Below are positions 38,793 to 48,093 of a DNA stretch of 64,000 nt, piece after piece. How positions within the stretch are numbered: the first letter of the stretch is position 1; the number at the start of each line of letters is the position of its first letter. Position numbers and translations under genes: made by a program. The notes below the pieces were generated by a model, which saw nothing but the letters and a program-made list of their open reading frames with translations, was not told the DNA's origin and did not search any database. The stretch comes from Candidatus Dojkabacteria bacterium (GTDB lineage Bacteria; Patescibacteriota; Dojkabacteria; JAHIVN01): NCBI GenBank assembly GCA_016932045.1, contig JAFGDO010000003.1:12115-76114 (forward strand), in the 5' to 3' direction.

Positions 38793-39803
38793 TTAGAGAT
38801 TTCTATCTATCATCAGTTGATTACTAAGCTCTTGTAGCGCCAGATGCAAAAGGATCTCTTTATTGCCAATCCCGTTTCCTCTATATAATCCTTGATAACG
38901 CTCTGAATTCCTAATAGCGAGCTGTAATCCTACTTCAATTTCATTAATACAGCCGTGGGGAAAAGCCTTTAGATAAGCTACTCTACTAGATGCATACGCT
39001 AGAAATCTTTGTCTTCCGCGCATACTTATAAAAACAACAGGTTTCCGGGGATAATCTTCTATGCTACTATTCCCACGCCTCACTAATCTGTCCGCAAGCA
39101 ATTCCCTGAGTTGCATCACTTCATCCGAACTCGCCCAGCTGACACACTCTATAGGAGGAACAGGTTTAACACCTTTAAAAACAGTAGGAAATGGAGCAAA
39201 ACTTAAAAGTGTCGTCGCTAGCGGAAATTCTTCATGACTAACAGGGACTAAACCATTCCGTGCAAGCATTATCATTGCTACGGGATTACATGTACTCCCT
39301 ACTATCACGCCATTCCTATATTGAACATTGGCGTATAATCTACTTCTTAAGTAACCATTGTGTCCTTGCCCCCTACATTCAGGGACAGTATACCCCAAGG
39401 TTGATTCAAAAATTCTTGCACTTGTCAGACGTACATAAGGATTTGTAGCGTCTATGTGTTTTTTGAGTTTGACCTGGTCCCCGACTGCGATAGTCTCAGT
39501 TAAGAGTAGTATACTTACAGGAACTAACCTCCCTGCTTCCTCCAAAAACAATATATCACCAAAACCCGCATTTAAAATATTTAACACCTCCTGTTCCATT
39601 CGAGGCGTCAGGGTTTCAAGCCGCATTGATTCATTTACAACTGTGCTAACCCATATAGCGTGTTCCCGAATAAGTTCTTCTCTCCGACCTGGTTCGAAAT
39701 CTGCTAAAGTAACTCTTACTAAACCAGCAACTTCACCCGCCTCTATTCGTTCGGAAGGTAAAGTATCACCAGCTTGTGTTACCTCCGCAGTATCCGCAGT
39801 CAT
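38793..39803 (-). CDS. hypothetical protein (R/A/G-rich; unknown fold)
   Basis: 336-aa ORF, divergently oriented from the NDT-RHH/LOG cluster. No motif recognised (GYTVPECRGQGHNGY, VGSTCNPVAM). Confidence 0.45.
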   Translation of the reverse strand: MTADTAEVTQAGDTLPSERIEAGEVAGLVRVTLADFEPGRREELIREHAIWVSTVVNESMRLETLTPRMEQEVLNILNAGFGDILFLEEAGRLVPVSILLLTETIAVGDQVKLKKHIDATNPYVRLTSARIFESTLGYTVPECRGQGHNGYLRSRLYANVQYRNGVIVGSTCNPVAMIMLARNGLVPVSHEEFPLATTLLSFAPFPTVFKGVKPVPPIECVSWASSDEVMQLRELLADRLVRRGNSSIEDYPRKPVVFISMRGRQRFLAYASSRVAYLKAFPHGCINEIEVGLQLAIRNSERYQGLYRGNGIGNKEILLHLALQELSNQLMIDRNL

Positions 39804-39972
39804 TTAATTATTTTAATAAACTAAGTCCCATAGTATCAATTCGGGCACTTTGTACTGATGTAAAAAAATAATTAATTAATTATGTTGTCGAAGGGATTTT
39901 TAAGTTCTCTGCTTGTGTTAGCCTAGTGTATATAGTAGAATTATACAGAATTTAACTGTTAATTGCTACTTC

Positions 39973-40560
39973 ATGAATATATATTTCACAACTTCCGGAA
40001 AATTTTTTAAAGAGAACAAAAAAATATACGATAAGATTATCAAAACCTTAAGTAAACTCACTGGCAATAAACCATATGTAGCCCTTGAAGATATCGACTA
40101 TGAAAATGCCTCAGAGCAAGAAATACTTAGGGCAGTGAAGAAAATGGTAAAACAGTTAAACAATGCCGATATAGTAATCACTGAAAATACTTACTCTGTT
40201 GCAGCAGTAGGATATGACATAGCTACTGCGATAAATTCAAGAAAACCAGTCCTAGTACTTAAATTACAAGATAAAAGTAAACCCGGACCTCATCCTATAA
40301 ATGTACTGAGGAATAGATTATTAACGTATACAGAATACACTGGTCAGAACCTAGAAGATATACTGAAGGACTTTATTGAAAATGCTCATGAAATGCTTGA
40401 CACAAAGTTCATACTCATCATATCGCCGGAAATTGACCGTTATCTCGAATGGGCTGCTGATAATAAAAGAATGCACAAGGCCCAGATTGTGAGAAAAGCG
40501 GTAGAAAAAGAGATGGACAACGATGGCTTGTACAAACAGCACCTGGAAAGGAAAGCATAA
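39973..40560 (+). CDS. nucleoside 2-deoxyribosyltransferase-like domain fused to a C-terminal ribbon-helix-helix (CopG/Arc-like) DNA-binding domain
   Basis: N-terminal MNIYFTTSG...ADIVITE...SVAAVGYDIATAINSRKPVLVL fits the NDT-fold signature (YFaG...DlVia...GtafEiGyA..gKPV). C-terminal KFILIISPEIDRYLEWAADNKRMHKAQIVRKAVEKEM fits a beta-alpha-alpha RHH. Confidence 0.6.
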   Translation: MNIYFTTSGKFFKENKKIYDKIIKTLSKLTGNKPYVALEDIDYENASEQEILRAVKKMVKQLNNADIVITENTYSVAAVGYDIATAINSRKPVLVLKLQDKSKPGPHPINVLRNRLLTYTEYTGQNLEDILKDFIENAHEMLDTKFILIISPEIDRYLEWAADNKRMHKAQIVRKAVEKEMDNDGLYKQHLERKA

Positions 40561-40647
40561 CCACAAACCCTCATCTTTGTGATATAATAAATACAATATA
40601 TACCCAGTTGGCGTATATACCTACAATATAACTTGGGGTAGGATAAT

Positions 40648-41445
40648 ATGAATTCAAGTGATATCATTAAACTAAAACCCATTATTAGGGATTACTTATC
40701 GGGAGATATAACACAAACACAAGTAATCCGAAAGCTAAAAAAACAGGAGAGTGATACCTGGCACTTTGTCATGGATGATGATCGCATCCTCTTTAGGAAT
40801 CAAAACTCAAAAATTGTTATTAATACAAAAGTTGACTCTCCTTTTAGTACAGCAAAACAAGTGCCGGTAAACTACCGCGAAATAAATAATGAAAGCTTGA
40901 ACATAATTGCTGAAACAAAACTTTTAATACAAGATAGATTAGGCAACAAGAAGATTATTACTTTTTCTGGGACAGCAAGAAGACGTTTTGATGAAAAGAA
41001 AGCAAAAGAGGTAATCAAGAAGTTCTTAAATCAAATATCTCCTGATAAGTACATTGTTCTTACAGGAGGTTATCACAAAGGAATTCCACTTATTGCAGCG
41101 CAAGTCGCAAAAGATAATGGATTTAAAACCTTGGCTATATCACCACAAGTCATAAAAACCCTAAGAGGAAGAAAAAAATTGCAAGATCTTTATGATCTCG
41201 AAATCATAGAGGGAGAAGATTGGGGAGAAGAATCATTTTTATTATCCGGAGTATCCGATATCCTGGTGATTATTTGTGGAGGTTTTTGGACCAAATTAGA
41301 ATATACATACGCAAGAAAATTTAAGAAAAAAATCTTCCTTATTAAAAATTTAGGTGGTTTTTCTGAAGAAGAAGAAGAGCAAGGAAAGGATATTTTTCAC
41401 ATTTCCCCTTTACAAATCGGTGGTATAAGAGGTAAAATTGACTAA
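40648..41445 (+). CDS. LOG/SLOG-family Rossmann protein (TIGR00730/DprA-LOG-like) with a 100-aa N-terminal domain of unknown function
   Basis: IVLTGGYHKGIPLIAAQVA and VIICGGFWTKLEYTYA resemble the two LOG motifs (GGGxxGxMGxxA, PGGxGTxxE). AGGA RBS 6 nt before the ATG. Confidence 0.55.
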   Translation: MNSSDIIKLKPIIRDYLSGDITQTQVIRKLKKQESDTWHFVMDDDRILFRNQNSKIVINTKVDSPFSTAKQVPVNYREINNESLNIIAETKLLIQDRLGNKKIITFSGTARRRFDEKKAKEVIKKFLNQISPDKYIVLTGGYHKGIPLIAAQVAKDNGFKTLAISPQVIKTLRGRKKLQDLYDLEIIEGEDWGEESFLLSGVSDILVIICGGFWTKLEYTYARKFKKKIFLIKNLGGFSEEEEEQGKDIFHISPLQIGGIRGKID

Positions 41446-41477
41446 ACGTTATATATCACCTTTTATTATATATCACA

Positions 41478-42077
41478 ATGAAGGTATATTTCACAGGATC
41501 CATAACACATAAAAAGGAAAATAAAGACTGGTATACTAGGATAATACATATTCTAGAAAGCAATGGACATACACTCAATAAAGCTAATCTTAAAGTCGAC
41601 CCAAGCCAACTAAAGGAATATTCTGAGAATCAGATCGTGAAAACATACAAAAATATAATGAAATGGATAGATGAAGCTGATGTTGTCATAGCAGAACTCT
41701 CGAAGCATAGCAGTGGTGTCGGTTATGAAATCGCCTATGCACTGGATCAAAGGAAACCAGTTCTTGCTATATATAATAAAAAGCTGACTCCAAGTCCAGT
41801 ATCTATTCCTATTAGAGGAAACCCCTCTAGATATCTAGTATTCAAGGAGTGTGATGATAAAACTCTAGAAACAACCTTGAAAGAATTTCTAAGATCTTCG
41901 AAACAAAAACTAGATACTAAGTTCATTCTGATCATTTCTCCGGAGATAGATAGGTATCTTGAATGGGCTAGTGATTTTAAAAGAATGCATAAGGCACAAA
42001 TAGTGAGAAACGCTGTCGAGAACGATATGAATAGTGATAAAGATTACCGAGCTTTCTTAAAGGAAAAGACGAAATAA
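41478..42077 (+). CDS. paralogue of 39973-40560: NDT-like domain plus C-terminal ribbon-helix-helix domain
   Basis: MKVYFTGS...ADVVIAELSKHSSGVGYEIAYALDQRKPVLAIY. C-terminal KFILIISPEIDRYLEWASDFKRMHKAQIVRNAVENDM is nearly identical to the first copy, with about 75% nucleotide identity over the 3' 110 nt. Confidence 0.6.
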   Translation: MKVYFTGSITHKKENKDWYTRIIHILESNGHTLNKANLKVDPSQLKEYSENQIVKTYKNIMKWIDEADVVIAELSKHSSGVGYEIAYALDQRKPVLAIYNKKLTPSPVSIPIRGNPSRYLVFKECDDKTLETTLKEFLRSSKQKLDTKFILIISPEIDRYLEWASDFKRMHKAQIVRNAVENDMNSDKDYRAFLKEKTK

Positions 42078-42130
42078 CCCTTCATCATAGAACCTAAATT
42101 CGGGTCGATACAATACTAACCTGACACTCA

Positions 42131-43060
42131 TCATTTTATTTTGTACCCCTGTCCACCGTATTCCTCTACACTTTTAGCTGCAAGTCTAGCACCGATTTTA
42201 CAAGATTCTTTAATGTCTTTCCCTTCAATAAGTCCCGCTATAAGTCCAGCTCTATAGGCATCTCCTGCACCTGTGGTTTCAATGACCTCACGTGGTTTTA
42301 CCCCCTCAATATCTACTCTTTTGTTTACCGAGTAAATACTACTCCCCTTTTCACCTTTTGTCTCAATCACATACTCAATTCCAAGTGAAAGTAAATCTTT
42401 AGTAGAGAGCTTATGCAGCCTATTTAATTCCCAAAGCTCTATCTCGTTTGATATAAATATATTACTTAATGAAATACACTCTTCGAGTTCGACCTTTGAG
42501 AATCGTGGAATATTTACACCTATATCAAGTATAACAGTGGCCTTCTTATTTAATCTTCTGAACTCTCTTATAGTATTCAATGTAGCTGTATTTGTAAGGG
42601 CAGAAAATATTGCAATCTTAATCCCACCCAGCTCAGCCTTTGAAAGCGTCTCAAAAAGAGATACATCATCTGACCTCTCTCCATAATAGTTAGCTTGAAA
42701 AACTTGAATTTGTTGATGGAGATCGTCAGAGATAATATAGGCTTTAGCGCTTTCAGATAACTTGGGTCCGATGATCGGTTTGCAAATTATCCCTTTATCT
42801 TCAAGATACTGCTGATAATTATCCTTAAAGTCTATTCCAGCCACTGAAAAAATGATGGGATTCTTACCAAGCAGAGAAAGTCCATAGGCCATATTCCCCG
42901 CAGTTCCTCCATAATAATACTGAGATTTACGAGCGAGAAATGTCATGTTCACACTTCTTATTTTTCCTCTTTTAAGTGGAATTTCTTTGCGCATATCCCC
43001 CTGGATCGGGAATAAAATATCGAAGGCAATTGTACCAACAATTAATATATTTCTTTTCAT
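42131..43060 (-). CDS. pfkB-family carbohydrate/nucleoside kinase (ribokinase-like)
   Basis: GG motif region and C-terminal TTGAGDAYRAGLIAGL anion-hole/catalytic motif typical of ribokinase/adenosine-kinase family. Confidence 0.8.
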   Translation of the reverse strand: MKRNILIVGTIAFDILFPIQGDMRKEIPLKRGKIRSVNMTFLARKSQYYYGGTAGNMAYGLSLLGKNPIIFSVAGIDFKDNYQQYLEDKGIICKPIIGPKLSESAKAYIISDDLHQQIQVFQANYYGERSDDVSLFETLSKAELGGIKIAIFSALTNTATLNTIREFRRLNKKATVILDIGVNIPRFSKVELEECISLSNIFISNEIELWELNRLHKLSTKDLLSLGIEYVIETKGEKGSSIYSVNKRVDIEGVKPREVIETTGAGDAYRAGLIAGLIEGKDIKESCKIGARLAAKSVEEYGGQGYKIK

Positions 43061-43180
43061 TTCATAATGGTAACTGGATTAATTATATCTAAACAAAGAT
43101 ATTATTTAAACATTTAAAATTAGACAGAAATAATCAGGTAGGACACATTTTATATTGGTAATAGATTTACGAAACACCTC

Positions 43181-43209
43181 TTGACAAATTTCAAAAAACT
43201 ATTTATATT
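43181..43209 (+). promoter_or_regulatory. sigma70-like promoter (TTGACA-17-TATATT)
   Basis: Consensus -35 TTGACA at 43181-43186, 17-nt spacer, -10 TATATT at 43204-43209. Drives the plus-strand intergenic transcript below. Confidence 0.4.
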
Positions 43210-43215
43210 ATTTTC

Positions 43216-43359
43216 AGGAATTCCTATCGCCAAGGAAGTTTCTCGAGAGCGACCAGACGCGATGTGCACACCAGACTTGTTTAGCTTCGGCTAAATGAGT
43301 CTTACGAGGATAACATTTGTTTGTGAGTGTATTCTCTCAATCGATGTTATCCTCTTTTT
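43216..43359 (+). ncRNA. candidate small RNA (about 140 nt) in the pfkB/PEP-enzyme intergenic region
   Basis: Starts about 7 nt after the -10 box. Contains a 6-bp stem capped by a UUCG tetraloop (TTTAGC-TTCG-GCTAAA, 43280-43295). Ends with an 11-bp perfect hairpin GAGGATAACAT...ATGTTATCCTC plus TTTTT (43306-43359). No plus-strand ORF follows. Confidence 0.4.
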
Positions 43360-43527
43360 AATTATATAGCTCTATATTCCCCAATCCTGAGCTCCTGAGA
43401 TGAGTTTATCGCATCTTGTCTATAGAATAGAGAAATCGTAGAGATACATCTCGTAAAATCTCGTTGAGACAAGCATAGCAAATTTTCTACGGGATAAAAA
43501 TACTCGAAGCTTTATACACTAACAGCC

Positions 43528-45588
43528 TTAAGTGGTTATTGGCCTAGTCTGAAGTAGATAGATCTTTTTCCCCTTTATCGCCCACTCTATATCACACGAC
43601 AATTCAAACGCCTCCTCTACTCTTTTCCCTAAATTGGTCAAGTTCAAAATCTGAGAAGTAGTAAGAAGCTCCTTTGAGGATCCTTCCTTATTCATGATTC
43701 TCCCTGTTTCTTTTGATACAGTATATGTCACTGGAGTCACCTCTCCTGACACTACATTTTCACCAATTCCTTTTGCCGCCTCAATAATCATAATATCCTT
43801 CTTACCTTCCAAATCTTTCGTAAATATTACTCCAGCCTTATCAGCATCAACCATCCCTTGTATTATGACAGCCATCTTGACCTTTTTAATGTCTATCCCG
43901 TGTTTTACTGCATAAACAACGGCACCAGCTCTAAAGAGCGACGCCCAGCATCTTCTAACAGATTCAAATAATGTTTCCTTATCATCTACAAATAAAAATG
44001 ATTGAAACTGACCGGCAAAAGAGGCTTTTACGCTGTCTTCACAGGTAGCAGAAGACCTGACTGATACTTTTCCATATTCTGCTTTTAACTTTTTAAAAGC
44101 TTCCAGAATTTCAGATTTAAGTTTATTGTTAATCTTTCCTGAAAGTATTTTCTTCTTTAACAATTCTTCACTATCCCCTAAATTTTCAACATCTATCTTG
44201 ACAAGCTCTTGTTCTATATATTTATCTATTCTATTTTCCTTTAAGAACTCGCTGAATGCCTCAGTTGTAGCAACATATGCAGCGGGAACATTTTCCCCAA
44301 GCTGCATTAACCCTATTAGATTAAAAGCTTTCGCTCCTACCAAATCCAACTTTGCCTTCAGACCTTCCAGCCAGAGTACCCTACTTGATGAGCCCAATGA
44401 AGTTATAGCCTGTCCTGACGGATAAATTTTACCTACATCTGCATCGACAACCACCCTCATTCCGTTCTTTAACTTTTTTGATGCATCTTGAGTCCCAACT
44501 ATACATGGTATCTTGCATTCTTTGGCTATAGTCGAAATATGAGCAGTAATGCCACCTGTATCCGTTATTAATGCTTTTATTTTACCTATTACCGGGATAT
44601 CCTCCCCCATAAGTTCCGAAGGCAAAACTAATACTGCTCCCGGTTGAACTTCCTTTAATTCCTTCAACTCTTTAACAATCTTAACTATACCTTCAACCCT
44701 GCCTTTATTCACAACGATTCCATTCACAAGAGCTGACTTGTCAAATTTTTTCTTACTTGGTACATCAAGATTTAAACCCGATCTTTCCTGTAACTCATAC
44801 ATATCAATAAACCCATCCCTCCTTATCATATACTCAATCTCAACCGAGGTATTATGATAAGTCGCAGCCTTAAATGCATTCTCTGCTAACCTTTTGACTT
44901 CATTATCTGTTAAGGAAGGATTTTTTCTTACAGATTTGCTTATTGCTCTCTTTACTTTATCACCATTCTTGAAGTAGTAGCCCTTTTTCTTTTCGCGTAT
45001 TACTTTATGTACTATCTTTCCTTTTCTATTTACCCAGTACGAGTCAAAATCGTCCTCACCAACTGCTATCAAGTGAACATCACCCCAGCATACCTCAACT
45101 ACACATAAATTAGACTTCTCAGGATCAACGATTATTATTCCGGATTTTTCAGCCTCTACTCTTCCCATAATTATAAGCCCAAGCTCAAACCAATCAATAT
45201 TATTCTCTTTTGCAAAATCCTCTCCAGCCTTATAAGCTTGCTTAATACCTGTCAACACCTGTTTTTGATTCTTTAGATCTCGAAAGGCGGGGAGAGACCT
45301 AGGATTTTCATACCCTGAAAAACGAAAGCACGTTCTTACAGTTATCTTTGAAAACTTCTTTATAAGCTTTTTTACAACAGGAGCTAATTCGCTTTTTAGT
45401 GACTCTGGAAACTTCTTTTCCTTCAGTAGCGAAATGTAAAGCTTAGGAGAGATAATATAAGCATCAGCCCCAGGAAGATCTGCATTTCTGAGCTCAACCG
45501 TTCCTTCTAACTTCTTAGTTCGAAAGTTATCAATATTAAAGTAGTCAAAATTCTTTTTTAAGGGGAATATAAATTTTCTCTTCATCAC
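43528..45588 (-). CDS. PEP-utilising-enzyme family protein (phosphohistidine swivel domain plus PPDK_N/PEP-synthase-type ATP-grasp), atypical domain order
   Basis: Mobile-domain motif TDTGGITAHISTIAKECKIPCIVG at about aa 340. C-terminal ATP-grasp motifs VRSSATCEDSVKASFAGQFQSF, RCWASLF, MAVIIQGMVDADKAGVIFTKD, DIEWAI. The N-terminal 330 aa carries a second degenerate ATP-grasp-like half (IIMGRVEAEKSGIIIVDPEKS). Confidence 0.65.
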   Translation of the reverse strand: MMKRKFIFPLKKNFDYFNIDNFRTKKLEGTVELRNADLPGADAYIISPKLYISLLKEKKFPESLKSELAPVVKKLIKKFSKITVRTCFRFSGYENPRSLPAFRDLKNQKQVLTGIKQAYKAGEDFAKENNIDWFELGLIIMGRVEAEKSGIIIVDPEKSNLCVVEVCWGDVHLIAVGEDDFDSYWVNRKGKIVHKVIREKKKGYYFKNGDKVKRAISKSVRKNPSLTDNEVKRLAENAFKAATYHNTSVEIEYMIRRDGFIDMYELQERSGLNLDVPSKKKFDKSALVNGIVVNKGRVEGIVKIVKELKELKEVQPGAVLVLPSELMGEDIPVIGKIKALITDTGGITAHISTIAKECKIPCIVGTQDASKKLKNGMRVVVDADVGKIYPSGQAITSLGSSSRVLWLEGLKAKLDLVGAKAFNLIGLMQLGENVPAAYVATTEAFSEFLKENRIDKYIEQELVKIDVENLGDSEELLKKKILSGKINNKLKSEILEAFKKLKAEYGKVSVRSSATCEDSVKASFAGQFQSFLFVDDKETLFESVRRCWASLFRAGAVVYAVKHGIDIKKVKMAVIIQGMVDADKAGVIFTKDLEGKKDIMIIEAAKGIGENVVSGEVTPVTYTVSKETGRIMNKEGSSKELLTTSQILNLTNLGKRVEEAFELSCDIEWAIKGKKIYLLQTRPITT

Positions 45589-45656
45589 AACTGGTATTTT
45601 ATCTGATGCATACCTAAATCACAAGAGGTAAACAAAGCATATACTACTGCATAGAA

Positions 45657-46310
45657 TTAACTTAAAATCCCAATTTGTGAATTCTCCTTCCTCTTCTCTT
45701 CACGCCGCTTTTCTAACCTCGTCTTTATATCGGATTTGGGAATATCGAGCACATTGATACTATCTTGTTTACCATCTAGTATTTCTCTCAGTATCTTCAT
45801 ATCTGCAAGCATAACCTCACGGAAACTTCCATTGTAAAGTGCAACCGCAGGATGATACATCACAACAAAAACACGATCCCACTTTTTATACGCTTTACCA
45901 TGTACTTGTGAAATCTTAAAGCTAGGGAAGAACTTTGCCATTGCAAAACGTCCAAGAAGTATAAATACTTTTGGTCGAATAATTTTAATCAGCTCATTTG
46001 TCCAAGGTTTACATGCCTTTATCTCGTCGTCCTGCGGATCCCTATTTCCAGGAGGACGGCATTTCACGATATTAGTAATAAATACATTCTCGCGTTTAAG
46101 GTCAATCGAAGCAAGCATCTCTTCAAGAAACTTGCCTGCCGCTCCACAAAATGGAATTCCCTCTTTGTCCTCACTAGCGCCCGGAGCCTCTCCAATAAAC
46201 ATAATCTCCGCCTTCGGATTACCATCTCCCGGAACTACTTGGGTAGCCGACTTACGAAGCCGACAACTCTTGCATTTCTTACATTTTGTTATGTATTCTT
46301 TATATGTCAT
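45657..46310 (-). CDS. uracil-DNA glycosylase, family 4 (4Fe-4S type)
   Basis: CKKCKSCRL Cys cluster, [23 protein letters not shown], and [11 protein letters not shown] motifs. Confidence 0.85.
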   Translation of the reverse strand: MTYKEYITKCKKCKSCRLRKSATQVVPGDGNPKAEIMFIGEAPGASEDKEGIPFCGAAGKFLEEMLASIDLKRENVFITNIVKCRPPGNRDPQDDEIKACKPWTNELIKIIRPKVFILLGRFAMAKFFPSFKISQVHGKAYKKWDRVFVVMYHPAVALYNGSFREVMLADMKILREILDGKQDSINVLDIPKSDIKTRLEKRREEKRKENSQIGILS

Positions 46311-46386
46311 TGCATATCAACTATCCAAAATAGAACTTAGTTCCGCATTTTCAGTCATCAGTTATGAGGAAATAGAATGTGCTTTA

Positions 46387-47874
46387 TTAGTTTAGCTCAA
46401 ACGTCTTTCTAAAATGGTAGCCGTAAATTGCGAAGGTCAACGCAGATGGAAAGACCTTGGGCCTTGTTAACAAGGCCCAAAAAAATAACTTCCAATAATA
46501 CCTCCTTGCTCTCTCTCTTATTCCCAGGATCCAAATGGATTTGAATAATGCTTTTAGGTGAGACATGCTGATTTGTGCTTTCCTTTTGGAATTATAGAAT
46601 TTATCACGAACCTTCAGATAATTCTTTACTCTTTCGTAATATTCTTTCGGGGAGTAGATAGTGTTTACAATTTTTTTGTATCCTTCTACCAACTTCTCCA
46701 TCTTCATCTTTGGTTTAAAGTTAATAGAAAAATCCGTGTTGCATCCCGTAGGCTTACTTAGTATTCTTCCCTCTTTTTTGAGTCTTTGATAAAGACGTGT
46801 CCCTTGAATTGCATTCAGAAGTCCAACCATCGCGACAACAACACCACTTTTCTGAATGAAGTTAATCTGTCTTTGGAAGATAGACGGACTGTCATTGTCA
46901 AAGCCGACTATAAAACCACCCTGTACTTGCAAACCACTTTCTTGAATTTTTTTCACCGAAGAAATAAGGCTGCGATTAGTATTCTGGAATTTCCCGCACT
47001 CTGCTAGACTCTCCTCACTTGGAGTTTCTATCCCAATAAAAACTGTACTAAAACCTGCTTCAACCATGAGTTTCATCAATTCGGAATCATCAGCAAGATT
47101 TATAGAAGCTTCGGTATTAAACGAAAATGGGTGTTCCTTTTTTTCCATCCACGAAATGATTGCTGGAAGAATTTCTTTTTTTAATTTATATTGATTGCCA
47201 ATAAAATTATCGTCAACAAAAAACACCTGCCCACGCCATCCAATGTTATACAACATATTTAATTCTTTAATAATTTGTCCCTTATCCTTACATCTCTGCA
47301 CCCTACCATAGATGCGAGTTATATCACAAAAATCACAGTTAAATGGACAGCCGCGCGTGTATTGGATACTTAAAGAGGCATACCTGTCTACATCAATAAG
47401 GCTCCAATCAGGTACAGGAACCTTACTCATCATAGGTCTTATCTTGCTTTTATAAATTCTCTTAGGTGTCCCCTTCTCAAGATCCTTTACGAGCCTTGGC
47501 ATGATATCTTCTGATTCTCCAATAACAAATGTTTGAACGAATTTTTCATATTCACTGTATCCACTAGAAAAATGTGGACCTCCTACGACCACTTTCTTAC
47601 CAAGTTTTTTACATTTCTTTACTACATGCATCAGAGAATCTTTCTGAACAACCATTGCACTCACCAAAACATAATCAGCCCAGCTTATGTCTCTAGTCTT
47701 TAATCTGTCCATATTCATGTCAACTAATCTTTTCTCCCACTTCTTGGGTAGAAAAGCTGCTATTGTAAGTAGCCCTAATGGAGGAAATGCAGCACTTTTT
47801 GAGATAAACGACAGTGCGTGTCTAAAACTCCAAAAAGTATCGGGATAGCGGGGATATACAAGAAGAATTTTCAT
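46387..47874 (-). CDS. B12-binding domain radical SAM protein (DUF4070-type C-terminus)
   Basis: N-terminal B12-binding-like Rossmann domain. CPFNCDFCD radical-SAM cysteine triad. Confidence 0.8.
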   Translation of the reverse strand: MKILLVYPRYPDTFWSFRHALSFISKSAAFPPLGLLTIAAFLPKKWEKRLVDMNMDRLKTRDISWADYVLVSAMVVQKDSLMHVVKKCKKLGKKVVVGGPHFSSGYSEYEKFVQTFVIGESEDIMPRLVKDLEKGTPKRIYKSKIRPMMSKVPVPDWSLIDVDRYASLSIQYTRGCPFNCDFCDITRIYGRVQRCKDKGQIIKELNMLYNIGWRGQVFFVDDNFIGNQYKLKKEILPAIISWMEKKEHPFSFNTEASINLADDSELMKLMVEAGFSTVFIGIETPSEESLAECGKFQNTNRSLISSVKKIQESGLQVQGGFIVGFDNDSPSIFQRQINFIQKSGVVVAMVGLLNAIQGTRLYQRLKKEGRILSKPTGCNTDFSINFKPKMKMEKLVEGYKKIVNTIYSPKEYYERVKNYLKVRDKFYNSKRKAQISMSHLKALFKSIWILGIRERARRYYWKLFFWALLTRPKVFPSALTFAIYGYHFRKTFELN

Positions 47875-48093
47875 CTTTGCAGTAGTTAATTTTAGTTCAA
47901 CTCTTACAGTTTATATCAGTTTAGGATAAGAATCAACCCGGCACTTTATCGATGTAAAGAATTTATGCTTGAGCACTCTACTGTAGTAAAGTATTGGGCT
48001 TGATTTTTATCCATAGCTATTTAGTCAAATAGCTATAAGCCGATAACTGGGTGTTGAAAGCTGTAGGCAGACGGTTAAAAGATAGGAAGCTAC

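Noticed and set aside
38793-39803. Horizontal-transfer call for the R/A/G-rich 336-aa ORF and for 57685-61272 based on GC content
   Set aside because: Sampling 60-nt blocks showed GC ranging 28-48% even among core genes, with groEL at about 47%. Composition alone does not separate these ORFs from the background.
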